Of a DNA stretch of 64,000 nucleotides, positions 38,696-51,430 are shown piece by piece. The notes beneath the pieces were generated by a model that did no database searches, was not told where the DNA came from, and saw nothing but the letters and a program-made list of their open reading frames with translations. The position numbers and the translations under genes were made by a program. Source of the DNA: Lama glama. Its lineage: Eukaryota. Every line of letters starts with the position of its first letter. Within the stretch, counting starts at the first letter, position 1. Location of the stretch: the NCBI GenBank assembly GCA_028534125.1, contig CM052818.1, positions 24,244,001-24,308,000 of the forward strand, in the 5' to 3' direction.

Positions 38696-39205
38696 CAGCA
38701 GTTCTCAAAGTGATCTAGGGACCCCCTAAGCTTCTCAGGGACTATTTCAGGGGGTCCAAAAAGTCAGTGCTATTTTCATAATTATATGAAGATGGCATTT
38801 GCCTTTTCAGTCTTATTTTTTCACAAGTAGACACTGGAGTTTTCTAGAGGCTGTGTGGTATGTGATATTGCAACAGACTAAATGGAAAAGCAGATATGAA
38901 AATCCAGCTGTCTGCTCTGAAGCCAAACAAGAGAAATACTTACAAATAGGGAAAACAAGGGCATTCTTCTTGCTAAACATTTTTGCTTTGGAAAATGTTA
39001 TTTTGTAAAAATATCACTTATGTTAATATGTAATGGCTATATTATTATTGTTATTTTCACTGAGTTAATAACTGAATATTTAATAAATTCTTAATTTGAA
39101 TTTCTATACAATATATATATCTACAGATAGAACCCACAAAAGCTCTTCTAGATCCTCACTAATTTTTAAGAATATAATGGGGTCCACAGAATTGGAAAAC
39201 TGCTG
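38696..39205. mobile_element. Charlie1b-like hAT DNA transposon, full-length non-autonomous copy
   Basis: TIRs cagcagttctcaaa / ttggaaaactgctg; perfect 8-bp TSD ttctaaga at 38688-38695 and 39206-39213; internal ggagttttctagaggct ... gcagatatgaaaatccagctgtct. Confidence 0.85.
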
Positions 39206-39499
39206 TTCTAAGACATGAAACCATCAACAACTAGGTTCCCAAATAAATATTTTATAAATTGAATTTGAGACAATGAGGACACAGTAAACTATATTTTAAC
39301 CTTGATCACTTTGGTTAAATATATTTCTCAGGAAACCAAGAAAATCATGATTTTTTTTTGCATCCATTATGTCTTCCTTTATTCCACAAAGCCTTTTAAT
39401 ATAGACTCACAATTGTTTCAGCTTATTTGCACATGCAGATAACTAAAGCTTTGCAAACATGAATCCAAATGGCAACCCATGGAAAGTTTTAAGGTCTAG

Positions 39500-39690
39500 C
39501 ATTGTGGCCGTGAGCTCAGATTCTCAAATCAAACAACCTAAATTTACTCAACCCTTCCATGCTTCAGTTTCTTTAAAGTGTGGATAATATTACCTAAACC
39601 AAAGGGCTGGTAAGAAGCTTAAGTAAGTTCAACTTTGTAAAGTATCCAGAACAGTGCTAGGCACATTTAATAAAAGTTAGCTACTATTGT
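39500..39690 (+). mobile_element. MIR remnant
   Basis: agcattgtgg ... gcttcagtttc ... ggataatattaccta ... tgtaaagt ... agaacagtgctaggcaca ... gttagctactatt. Confidence 0.55.
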
Positions 39691-40654
39691 AGGTAATATA
39701 GAAATGTTTGCTACCATTATCATCATTACTGAGAATAATCACAAAATATCAGCACAGACTGTAGAGGGAAAAAAAAGGAAGCTGATGTTAAACCCTTAGG
39801 AAGTACTGGGATTTCAAAGTCATTAAAAATAGAGGGATAAATTTAATCTTACTATTGAGACAGTATACTTTTTTGAGAGATCTTACGTGTTTTCGTCCAA
39901 AAGTAAATGTCCCCTCCTGGTGCTTTAGCCAGTAAGCACGGGATAAGGCTGTATTGTGCACATTAAACATGTGCCCCAAAGAAGAAAACAGAGACTGAAC
40001 CATATCAGTAATTAGAAAAGACATCCTGTTGGTCCCGATAGATCATCTGCTGACAACATGGCTTTCCAAGCCCAGATGCCATATTTAAAATCATAGGGCT
40101 AGAGGACAACTGTCCTGATGAAGGATGATGGGACTCCATGAAAACCAGCCTTGGAGGGTGACAGTCTACTGAGAGAGCCAGCCTCATCATTTGCACTACA
40201 GGAAGGATAGCAGTGAGAGTAGCCTTAAATGGAAAGTCCTAGATGATGTAAATCATTTTTACATTAGCACTATGACTCTAATCTGTGAAGGTTCTATTTT
40301 GGTGTGTTTTCAATCCTAAATTAGTTTACGTCTACATCTATACTGAATATCCATTCGAATTAGAATTAGGATCACTGAATAGAGCTTTCAGGGTGGCAGA
40401 ACTTGGTCCAATGTTAGAAGTTAATACAAAAGATTAGAGTCGTCTACCCATCTTGTTTGAGGTAATGAGTTCCCCGCCAATGGATGTATAAAAGGAAAAG
40501 TCTATATCTTTCTATCAGGAAAAAAAAATCATAGGTCCATGTAATTCTATTCTTTATCCATTGCATTAACACTCTAGGAAACAAATCCATTACTCTTCAG
40601 TTGTCTAAAAGAGAAATAAACTGCATGGTGAGGCAGCCCATTTCATGTTCTGAA

Positions 40655-40935
40655 CAATCCTCCTTCATTTATGCAACAAATATTGGTGGTCCAGACATTC
40701 TTCTAGGAACATGAAATAGAGCAATGAGCAAAACATATAAAATCCCTGCCTTCACATGACATATTATTTTGAGACAAGGCAGATTAATAAATGATAAGTA
40801 AGTTAAAAAAATACATGTGTCAAAAGGCATTTTGTCCTGTGGAGAAAAATAAAGCAAGGAAGAGAAATAAGGGATGTCAGACTGGAGGTAAGGGCGTGTT
40901 AGTTAAATAGTGAGGGAAGGATGTTCACAGAAGAA
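40655..40935 (-). mobile_element. L2 3'-end fragment
   Basis: ttcatttatgcaacaaatatt ... ccagacattcttctagg ... aaaatccctgccttca ... tgtggagaaaaataaagcaagga. Confidence 0.65.
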
Positions 40936-42312
40936 ATAAAAGAGGTGGTGGTGGGGATTTGGGGAAGATTTATACTTGGCCATTGATTGAAATTTGCCAC
41001 CTGGAATGATGCCAAGTAAATTTAACATATTTATACTTAGATATTTATCATGTTTAAGTCTTCAATATACTGGGCTAAATGTCTTCAGTACTTTCATCAT
41101 TTGCCTTGTGCTATGATTTCCTAGATTGTCCATGTCTGTCCCTTGGATATACTCAGCCCAAACCACTATACTCCAAAATGCAGACTAGAATGGGAAAATT
41201 ACCACCCACCCCCATTCTGTATTCTGTCTTCTGGCGTGAGTGATACTTCTTTCAGAATGCCTCCCTGACTCCCAGCTCTCAGTTGCATGTCTCCCAGACG
41301 CATTCTTTTTAGCTTATTCTGCTGTATTAAGCTTACCTGAAACTTGGCACGTTCCATGCTGTCTTCTAGGCCATAAATTCCCCAGCAACAGGTAATGTGA
41401 TTATTTTATTCCATCATTGTGCTTGACACATAGCAGTTGCTTAGAAACATTTGTTGAGTTGGATGAGTCAGCATCATTCACAAATCTAGTAGTCTACAAT
41501 TTTAGTCACCACTGATTGGATATATGAACTCCAGACAGACAGGATGTTTCATTGTGTTTACTGCTATTCTGGCAGCACTTAGAACAGAACTGGTACATAG
41601 TAGGGACTCAAAAAACATTTGTTGGAATCTTTGAAACAGCTAAGAAGAGTATTGGGACAAAACTGTTAAGAGTGTGTAATTGGCAAATAATTCTAAAAAC
41701 TCAACTTTAAATTAATATCATGCTTTCTGTTTCACCAGATACTTTCTCACGTGTGTTTTCACGCAATCCCACCAACTCCGTGGGGTAAGTGGGATGGAAG
41801 GCTTTACTTCTATTTTGTAAAAGGAATAATTTTATAAAGATCACAGAGATTAAAGATTATTTGGGGTGGTACATGTCGTCAGGCTTCAATCCAGACCTTC
41901 CACTTTGATGTCTTATGTTTGGTTTTTTTTTGTCAACAACAGGTTAGTATAAGTTTACTGCAAGGTTGTCATATAACATGGACATGTCTTTATGATATAG
42001 AAGTCAGAACATCACCATTGACAGCACTTGGCTTTTTATACCACTTTGATTCCTTTGCTTGCATGCCTGTGTTTATAATCCCCCTGGTTTAGACATAGGC
42101 CAAGTTTGTTCACAAGCTCAGTCCGTTTCTTTCCCAAGCCAGAAGAGTGCTCTATCTTATAGACTTGATGCTCTGCCCTTTTCATCTATTGGATGGTGCA
42201 TCATAGCTGGATAAACATTTTAAATTTCTTCATTTTTTAAAAAGATTTGCCAGCATGATATAGAAACATGTATATTAAAGTCCTGAAGAGTTTTGATTAA
42301 AAAATGAATCTT

Positions 42313-42398
42313 GTGGGGTGGGTATAGCCCAATGGTAGAGTGCATACTTAGCATGCACAAGGTCCTGGTTCACTCTCCACTACCTCCATTTTTTTTTT
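42313..42398 (+). mobile_element. Short vic-1-type SINE: tRNA head only, ending in a T-run
   Basis: gggtatagcccaatggtagagtgcatacttagcatgcacaaggtcctggtt ... tacctcca(T)10; TSD aatgaatctt at 42303-42312 and 42399-42408. Confidence 0.85.
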
Positions 42399-42473
42399 AA
42401 TGAATCTTACCTTATTTGGCCAAAACACTTAAAAATAAAATGTCACTACTTGTAATTAAAAAAAACCTGTTTC

Positions 42474-42620
42474 GAGGGAGGTTCTAGCTCAGTGGTAGAG
42501 CATGTGTTTAGCATGCACGAGGTACTGGGTTCAATCCCCAGGACCTCCATTAAAAAATAAATTAATTAAAAAAAACCCTCTAATTACTTCCCCATTCCCT
42601 TTCAAAAAAGTGAGAGAAAA
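42474..42620 (+). mobile_element. Camelid vic-1-type SINE
   Basis: tagctcagtggtagagcatgtgtttagcatgcacgaggtactgggttcaatcccca ... ctaattacttcccc. Confidence 0.88.
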
Positions 42621-43565
42621 AAACCCCCACCTTTTCCAACTCATTGCAACTGCACTAGTCCTTTCAGATTTCCTGTCAATTTTATTGCCTTGGGGTACAT
42701 AAATAGGGTATTTCCAGACAAATGCCTGAGGTCAGTAACTTATTTTAATGAAGGGTTGGCTCCCTTTATATGACTGAGGGAGAAATATTATTTTTAGGCA
42801 GCAGTAGCAATTCAGTGTGCTTGGCTCACAATTTATAACCATCTCCATACATTAAGGGATGGAGGAAGTAGTATGTCCCTGTTTCACAGGAGCTGAAAGT
42901 GTGCCAATGACACGAGAGTCAAGACATTGACAGATAAGGCAATCTATTCCAGAAATGTTGTGGCAGAGAATGAAGAAGAATATTCTCTGTGTGGTTGGGA
43001 CTTGTCGGATAAGACTTGCAAGGTAGAAGTGAAGTGGGTGAGACTGCGATGGGGATGCTGTGGTCAAGCAGGCAATGAGTGGACTTTAGAGAATTCCTGG
43101 GTCCCAGTCCCAGCGTAGTTTATTAGTGGTGTGAACACAAGCTTTTCCCTCATCTGTAACATGAGGTTATCAATGCTATCGCTAGTGGAGAGTGGTCCGA
43201 AAGATTAAATAGCCTCGTATGAGTCTATTTAATAGAGTCTCCATGTGCCACAGAACATTAGCAGTAGCAAAGGTTTCTGTTGGAGAAACCAAACCGTCAG
43301 TGCAAAGCTTCCAGCAGTGTGGTTCAGTATAAAATCAGCAGTTTCACAGGTGATAAGAAGCATCAAATCTAGACATAAAATTTTTAAAGTTGGCTTGTAG
43401 AAATCATCATATGTAAAAACCACTTACCGGTTTGTAATCTCACCATGAGATTTAAGGGTAGAAGAATCAGTGGCACGGGTTAGGCTTAAATGACAACGAA
43501 TGGGAATCTTCTTTATGTCTAAATTGAAAATTGATTTATTGGGATTTTGCAATGAAAGAAATGTT

Positions 43566-43835
43566 CTTTTGTTCTTTTTTTGTTTTGTTTATTTTTTGAA
43601 GTATTCATTTTTATTGATGTACAGTTGGTTTACAACGTTGTGTTAATTTCTGGTGTACAGCATAGTGATTCAGTTATATATACACATACACATTCCTTTT
43701 AGTATTGTCTTTGATTATAGGCTATTGCAAGATATTGAATATAGGTCCCTGTGCTGTACAGTAGGACCTTGCTGTTTATTTATTTTATATACAGTGGTTA
43801 GTACCTGCCAATCCCAAACTCCCAACTTACCCCAA
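43566..43835 (-). mobile_element. Artiodactyl-type L1 3'UTR fragment
   Basis: T-rich tail, then aatttctggtgtacagcatagtgattcagt ... ccctgtgctgtacagtaggacc ... ccaatcccaaactcc; possible TSD agaaatgtt at 43557-43565 and 43841-43849. Confidence 0.8.
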
Positions 43836-43859
43836 TTTAGAGAAATGTTATTATTGTTG

Positions 43860-44470
43860 ATTTAAAATTCTTTTTATTCATAAAAATAAATAAAATTTCA
43901 ATTTTATTTTTATAGTTAATTGTGAGACAAATTCATGTATTAATGAAAGTCAGTAAAATAGAAAGAGAAAATTACTTAAATGCTACCATTCAGAAATCAA
44001 TAAACTAGAAGTAACATTTGGAAGGATAGGCTTTCAGAATTTTTCTGTGTATCTATCAATATATCTGTCTTGAGTCATATAAAATATTCTTTTTAAAAAT
44101 AAAGCATCCAACTATATATAATATTTCACAACCTGCTTTTAACACACTATGTGTTCATGTCAATAAAAACCTATATACTACATTGATTTATAGATCATTT
44201 TGTTCTTGTCAACATAGAGCTGTAAGTCCATTTTTAATGGCTGCCCATGGTGACCATCATGTGTTAGACAGCCTCTTGTTAGATATTTAGAATGTTTGCA
44301 ATAATTTTTTGCTACTATAAACAATGCTGTCTTTAATTTCTATGCATTTATATTTGTACATACTTTAGTTATTTTCTTAGGATGAGTTACTTGAAGTAGA
44401 ATTACTCTAAAGGTATGCACCATAAAAATAAAACGTTTACCAGATTGCCCTCTAGAAAAACTGTTAAGAT
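43860..44470 (-). mobile_element. Very old L1ME-like fragments
   Basis: caacctgctttt ... catttttaatggctgc ... ttttgctactataaacaatgctg ... gaagtagaatt ... ccagattgccctctaga. Confidence 0.45.
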
Positions 44471-44689
44471 TTAAACATAAAGGGGAATTTTTAAAGTCTC
44501 AGTAAATTGTGGAGTATTAGTTAGATTAATGCTCTTTAAAATTCTTAATTAAATCCTGTTATCCAAATGGGGAAAATACATAGAATTGTGTATTTTCCCA
44601 AATAAGGGAAAACAGGTAGAATTTAGTGAAAGTTTTAAAACATTGTTCCAGTCAAATTTCAGGGTAACCACAGAGTTGATGAGAGTGCA

Positions 44690-44885
44690 GGGGAGGAAAA
44701 ATTACTTTCTCTCTACCTTTCTGTTCTTGGCTGAGAACAGTAAAAGGTGAAAAACAAACAGAAGCTTGATAGCATGTATACCACCTATATACCTGGGAGA
44801 TACCCAGGAAAACCAGGTCACTCCCTGAAACGTGCTAAGCCATCACCTTAAGTATCATCTCCAACTAAAAACAAAAGAAAGATGT
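44690..44885. mobile_element. ERV1-type LTR fragment
   Basis: ggggaggaaaaatt ... ctctctaccttt ... ttcttggctgaga ... aaaaacaaacagaag ... gggagatacccagg ... ccatcacctta ... ctaaaaacaaaagaaagatg. Confidence 0.45.
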
Positions 44886-45556
44886 GCTATCCAGGAGTGG
44901 ATTTAAAATACTCAAACCTGAAAGGTGGAGGGAGATCTATGTGCCATGTAATTGATTCTTTGTTGTTAACCAGTGAAGCTGAAGATAGGTACGTGGGGAC
45001 TGGTTCTATTTCTCCCTGTACTTTTATATATGTTCAAGATTTACGACAATAAAAAGTGAAGGAAGTATTTAAATATAGGTTATTATTTACAGATGATTTA
45101 TGCACATTGGGAATACACAAATACAGAAGAGTTACTCTTAATTAAGGGGAAATTAAAATAAAAATAGAAAGTGATGATAATCCAAAAATGTTTTCCATTT
45201 CAAAACTTAATGGGCAATGCTAAGGATCATGTGGAAAGACACGAAAAGTCTTCATAATCTAAAGAAATGAGTGATTGTTGATTTTTAAAATAACTGTTTA
45301 GATGACTAGGAAAGAGTACATTTCTCTAAAAAGCAATAATAGTAAACAGTAAAAAACAAAACAAAAACTCCACTTATTTTAAACAAGAAAATGCCACTAA
45401 AGTTAGTGTTATCTCTAAGTTATCTTTCTAGAGAAAATTAATAGCTGTATTTTGCACACAATAAAGAGAATTCCCAATCATGGAAGAGGATGCTAATAAT
45501 TCCACACCACCTCTCTTATAAGGTTCAACGTAGATCAAATGATGGAAAGTGAACTT

Positions 45557-45624
45557 TGAAACCATGAGGAAGAACTGAGACTTTATATCATGAAACCATG
45601 AGGAAGAACTGAGACTTTATACCA
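45557..45624 (+). repeat. 34-bp tandem duplication with one mismatch
   Basis: tgaaaccatgaggaagaactgagactttata(t/c)ca twice. Confidence 0.95.
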
Positions 45625-47609
45625 TGTTTTAATGGAAGGAAGAGACAGAAATTAGTTCCACACTCCCATTTTACAGATAATCAACCTGAAATCTGCGAAG
45701 CTGAAGCAATTTATTTAAAGTTACCCCCATACTTAATAGTGATCAAATTTATTTTTGCACAATCATATGGTCATATATGAAAAAGTCTTTTTTGGGAAGT
45801 CTTCAATGCAATTTTGTTATCAAAAAAATACTTTGTGAAGATTACAAAGGTGATAGCCATAAAAATTTAACATCATGAATGTAACAGATAAAAATGGTGA
45901 ACATACATACTAGTGACTTAAAACTGTCACAGAAAACCATTATTGTTTTCTTTGGGGAAGAAAAATGGAAATTAATTAGGATTTAATTAAAGTGGACAAG
46001 ATTCTGAAGGGAATAACAAAGACCAAAGTTATTTATGTGAATGTCCAATTTGAAGAGATATTATATGTCTCTTCTTTTAATTAAGGCAGAACTTGCCTCT
46101 GAAAGGACCAAAAAGGAAGCAAATCATTATTCCGCAGGAGGAAAAAAGGAGACAAAGGCAGCAGGAAAACCAATGTTTTTAATTAAGAGGAGGAAGATGT
46201 TTAGAAAACTGAACGAGACAATTTACACCTTTGTCCTCCCTCCGGCCATCCGTAATAGCGCTTAATGGCATCATCACCCTCTCGTTTAGGAGGGCGTTGC
46301 TCCTGTGTGATCTATAGAGTGATGCTCTATAGGGCAAACCCTTTCACTTGGAATTGTTCCTCTAGCAGTGAGATTGACTTTCCATCAATCCCCAGCAAAC
46401 TCTCGGGTTTGTGCCGAAGGAGACATTTTCAAGATGGGCAGCTTGGGGTTAACAGTGGAGTCATTGGATGGGTAAAAATTGAAGCTGAACAACTGAAAAA
46501 GCTGAAAAATTGAAATTGACTCTCTTGAGGGTCAGGTACGTTACCCTAAGGGACAGAAGAAACTGTGTTCTAACCAGCTCAGCTCCAGCCAGGCTTAGGG
46601 TTCCACTCCATTCCCTTCGGAGGATTTAATTAGCTGCCCTCCAGAGTGCACCCGGTGGGATTTCACTCACAAATTAATTCACCTTTTAAAATGCTCATGC
46701 TGCTGCTTTCTCTGCATATTTTGTGTTTAGACCACCAATTCCTGTGAAATGTATGATTAATCTCAATACCTAGACACTGTTATACTTAATGCTCTCTTGA
46801 GCCATTTAGAAATGAGTTAATGATGTTAAGTAATCATAAATAGTTATTCTGTCAGGTATATCATCCATGTGAATGAAGAAATTAAGCATCAGTGTTGGAA
46901 ATATAGAGACCAAGTCAACATTTTCAGCATCTCTGCTCCTTGGGGTTGGGGGTGGGAGGGGTGAGGAGGAGGATACATTAAGCCAACTAACATGAACTAT
47001 TAGGTATTCGTACATGCACAACATGGATCTGAGTCCTGTGGAATGCAAGAAGTTAGAGAATCATATTTCTTTTTATTACAGGAAATTTTATACTTATTGT
47101 ACCATATGATTCTCACAATAATATTGAAAGAAATGTTCTTAGCATTCCTCAGTTCACAGGGGAAGTAAGTCTCAGTGAGATAGTGAGTTGACCAGCAACT
47201 AGTTCATAGCAGAACTGGAACTACATATTCTTTCCATTCTTCAAGTATGTGGCAGGTGGCTAACCATCCAGTTGAATATAAGAGCTGCAGAAAAGACCCT
47301 GGAATTATTTCCAATGAGAGCCTCCAGTGGGATTCTGGGGAAGCTCTTTCCTGCAGTGGCTCCCTGAGGGGTGTATCAGTCCCGAAAATTTGCAGTCAGT
47401 TTTAGCTAGTGAAAGAGCCTCTTCCTTGCAATTGATTCATTCCCTTTCTTTGTTAAATTTGAATCTGATAATCATAATTGATTTAAATTTCTTCTCCAAC
47501 TCCTGCCCTGGCCACAGCAGGCTGTGTTAAGTCTTAGAGAGTTATAAACTTGAAGAGGTTATCAATTCTTTCAGACCCAACTTCCTTGTTTTATAAAAAT
47601 AGGTTATAG

Positions 47610-47718
47610 TTGGGGTGTGTAGCTCAGTGGTAGAGGTCTCGGGCTGAATCCTCAGTATCTCCTTTAAAAAAATTAAAGAAATAAATAAACCTAATTATAC
47701 CCCCCCAATTTTTTTTAC
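47610..47718 (+). mobile_element. vic-1-type SINE with an internal deletion
   Basis: tagctcagtggtagag|gtctcgggctgaatcc ... aaataaacctaatt; imperfect TSD aaaataggttatag (47596-47609) / aaaatacattatag (47719-47732). Confidence 0.8.
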
Positions 47719-50200
47719 AAAATACATTATAGCAATCTTTTCATCATTCTGAAATAAAATTAATTGATAATATAACCTATTTCATAAACAGTGTTTTCAA
47801 ATTCTACATAATTCTCTAACTAGAATATAGAAGGAAAGTAAACGTCAATATTTTGTAATAAACCAATATGTCGTTCAACTGATGAAGGTCAGGTCTCACT
47901 CTGGAAGATGGGATGGAGCAGCAGATGCTTGTCCCATCAGGTAGCACCAGCCGAAAGGCGACAGCTACAAATCCTGAGCAATGAGTGACATGGCCACCAG
48001 TGAAGTAATTTTCCAAAATGGTGAACAGCTCTTGTTAAATTCCAAATAAAACAAAGAATTCCCCTGAAAAATCTGAAAAGCAAACTGGTGGAGAATTTTG
48101 GATATTGTAGTGATTATTGATAATCACACAAAAGACCCCTGACAGGACACAACACTGGTAAGTAAAATCATGTCTAGAATATATGACTTAATAGATTAAG
48201 TCTCTCCCTTAATGCCAAACTTGGAAGGAATTCTGGTAAACCATATGTGAGCAAGGAGAGGAGGAAAAGTGAAGAGACTTTAGTCATTTGCAAGGCTAAA
48301 CATTCTCTAAGAAACTAAGGCAAGTCCTCAGAATGAGCAGATAAGTTATCTCAGTATTCAGAATAAGACCAAAACCCAAGCCTCAGAGTACTCCATGGCC
48401 CTGCTACTTTATAGCCCCTGCTAACAACCCCTCCCCCTCACTTTCTGCACTTGACACTCCGACCTCCATTCAGCACCTCAACTACTTCTCACCCCAGGAC
48501 CTTTGCACGTGAAGCTTCTTCTGAACAGAACTAAACTGAATTCACCCTCCTCCTTTCCTAGCCATCTTTTAGAGATTAACAGGCTCTCCTAAAAAGGTCA
48601 GCTTCCTCTATTAGAAAATTGTGTAATTTTGTTAATATCTCTTTTCTTCCTCAAAATGAAAGCCCTGTTTATTCACGTGTTCACTGATGAGCCCTTTATG
48701 TCTAATATGGTAACTGTAAAGTACTCAAATAAGTGAGTAAATCAATAAATGATTTTTATCTGTGATTATATAGCAAGCAGGCAAGTGCCAAAATTCAAGC
48801 CCCTTTCATAAAACTCAAGCTCATATCTGCTCATATCCAATTAAACATAATGATTACGCTCAGATTTCCTTCACTGATTCTGTATGTTTCTAAAATAATA
48901 CGAAAATCAGCTGTAGTAAGAGGAAGCACAAGGCTCTTTACAAAGTCCATACTTCATCAAAATTGGCTCCATTTGGCTTTCCCACACAGAGGATTTAAAT
49001 GCCTGGAGATTTACTCGTGGAGTGGTGGGTGGGTGGGGGAAAGAGACTCTTTTCACCTGCTCCCTGGTTACAGTTCAGCTCTGCCTGTCTTAGAAAGATG
49101 ACCAGATATTCTCAGCTTCCTACCACCTCCTCTGAAGGCAGCTGCACATCAAAGGGAGTAGTCAGGAGGCAGAGCAAATTAAGCTGCAAAGAACAAGGAG
49201 GTGAAGAGTTTGTATTCAAACACAACACTAAGACCAGCTGAGGGTCCTGTGCTCTTTGTCAGCACCATGCAGCTTCTCAGTGATGAAATCCTCCTCCTGC
49301 TCCCTGGAGAAGACAGCCCTGCCCCGAGCTGCTCTAGAATGCCACTCTTTAGGAGAGGTTTTTCCTACAATACTAACAGCCTTATAGAAATCATATGTGT
49401 TCCAACTGAAATGGTACATAATGATTCCTCTGAAAATGAAAAGTCAGGATTTTTTTTTTAAATACGAGGCTGGGTGGGTGGGGGTACTGGGATTCTGCCA
49501 ACTGTTGCGCCAAAGTGAAAAATCACTATTTTCCTATTTTCTTCTCCAGTCATTGTTCAGAGTCCTCTCACCTGGCCTTCTGTGGGATGATTGTGCTCAA
49601 CTCTGGTCTCTTTATCCCTGACCATGCCCACTTTTACACATCATACACACGAGATGAAACTTCATAAAGTGCATGTCTGTCTGTCTGACTCACGCGCTCA
49701 AAAATCTCCACAGTCTAATTCCAGCTGTGAGAATAAATTCCTTGAGGTTGTGGGCAGTGTCTGGTTCGTTTTTCAGTCACCACAGGACTTATTAGTTCAT
49801 GGCGCTAAATGGGATAGTCACTTGCAATCTGCTGCCTGAATGACTGAAAAATTCAGCCAGTAAAGCTGCTACAGAAGTTCCCTTAAGTGACTGCCCTCTA
49901 ATAAGGCATGTTGCACTAATCTGACTCATTTATTCAACACATACTTATTGATCAGTGAGCACCAGTTAGGTAGGCATTTGGTGTGTTGACTGATTTTCCA
50001 TCTAAAATCTGCCTTTCCTTGAGCAATGTCTACATTGAGAGATTTTTTATTTTTGACAAGGGAAACAGGAAGGCAAAAAAGATTTCTTAAGACCCATGAA
50101 ATACATAATTCAGGTATCATTTTTAGTTTTCAAATCTATCATTGTTCAGTTTCAAAAGAGGGCAATACTTGGATTGTAATCTGCTTTAGCCTGTGAGGTT

Positions 50201-50337
50201 TTTTAAAAAAATTTTTTTTGGGGGGGGAGATAATCAGGTTTGTTTATTTATTTAGTTTAATGAAGGTACTGGGGATTGAACCCAGGACCTCATGCATTCT
50301 TGGCGTGCACTCTATCAGTGAGCTATACCCTCCCTCC
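50201..50337 (-). mobile_element. Camelid vic-1-type SINE
   Basis: ggtactggggattgaacccaggacctcatgcat ... ctctatcagtgagctataccctccc. Confidence 0.88.
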
Positions 50338-51229
50338 TTGAGCTTTTAAATAGACTTGAAACCAAGGATATAAGATCTGGCAGATAAGACTATTAATGTT
50401 AAAAAATTAGGAAAAAATGAGAGGTTGGCTGTCATTTCTATGTGTTATTTGCAAGTTTGCAAATGGTGATTTTCCAATAATTAGATATTTGGCCACAGTT
50501 GAGATTCGTGTATGTGAATGAGTGTGTGAGTTTGTGTAAGAGTGTGTGTATGAATGGGGTGTGTGGGTGCGTGCATGCTGTGTGTATTATGTAATTTCAA
50601 ATAAAAAAGTAGGAAGAAGGAAAAAGAAGGTGTGAGAAACTCCTGGGAAAAAAACCCAGAACCATCATTAAGTTACACGTATGTGATTCCCCTCCCTCCT
50701 CACCAGTGCTATTAACTTTGTGGCAAGAGGTCCGTCCACCCATGAGAACTCATTTGTGTAATATTTGCCATGTAGATGCATTAATAAGATGCTAGTCTTT
50801 AAATGAAACCAAAGGAGAGCTCAGAATTCTTGCAGCAACTCTGCCTCGGAAGGAACACAGCAGTTTTGTGTGCAACCTCTGGGAGCCATCTTGTCTTTTG
50901 GGAACAACTCTTGGATCTGTATCCTGTGTATATGGTCTTGAATGTAGAGGGGGGCAAACCATGTGGTCTGGCGTCTGCAGCTAGTCCTGATGAAGTCCGG
51001 GGGCTCTGAAGTGGGAATTCCTGCGGGAACCTCAACTCAGGACAGAGACACATGATCAAACCAACAAAGCCCTGTGAGCTCTATCCTTTCATCTGTTTGG
51101 GACTCTCAAAAAAGGGATGGCATTGTCAAATGAGAAATCTTAAATCAGTTCTCTGCAAAACTGACCACCTGAAAACAAGTACTTTTTCCCCGAAGTCTCT
51201 GTCTCATTTTCCCTGCTTCATTTCTTACC

Positions 51230-51430
51230 GGGATCTCCTTGTGTTAATTTGCTTACCTTGCTTACTGCCTGTTTTCCTAATAGGATGTAAGTCCTAGGAG
51301 AGTGGACACTTTTACTGATATTTTTGCTGTTATACCTTGAGCACCTGGGACAGTGCCTGGCCCAGAGTAGGTCCTCATAAATACTGGTTGAGTGAACACA
51401 CGACGGAATGAACGAACACATGAATTAATA
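51230..51430 (+). mobile_element. L2 3' end
   Basis: ggatgtaagtcc ... gcacctgggacagtgcctggcccagagtaggtcctcataaatactggttgagtgaa. Confidence 0.7.

Noticed and set aside
41463..41473. ATGAGTCAGCA AP-1/MARE-like motif
   Set aside because: It is an isolated motif at the decayed tail of an L2-like 3' end with no supporting context.
45557..45624. 34-bp repeat of CRISPR-like length
   Set aside because: Only two abutting copies, no spacers, no cas genes, and a mammalian context.
49259..49278. Possible REST/NRSE site (tcagcaccatg)
   Set aside because: Only the left half-site matches; the GGACAG right half is absent.
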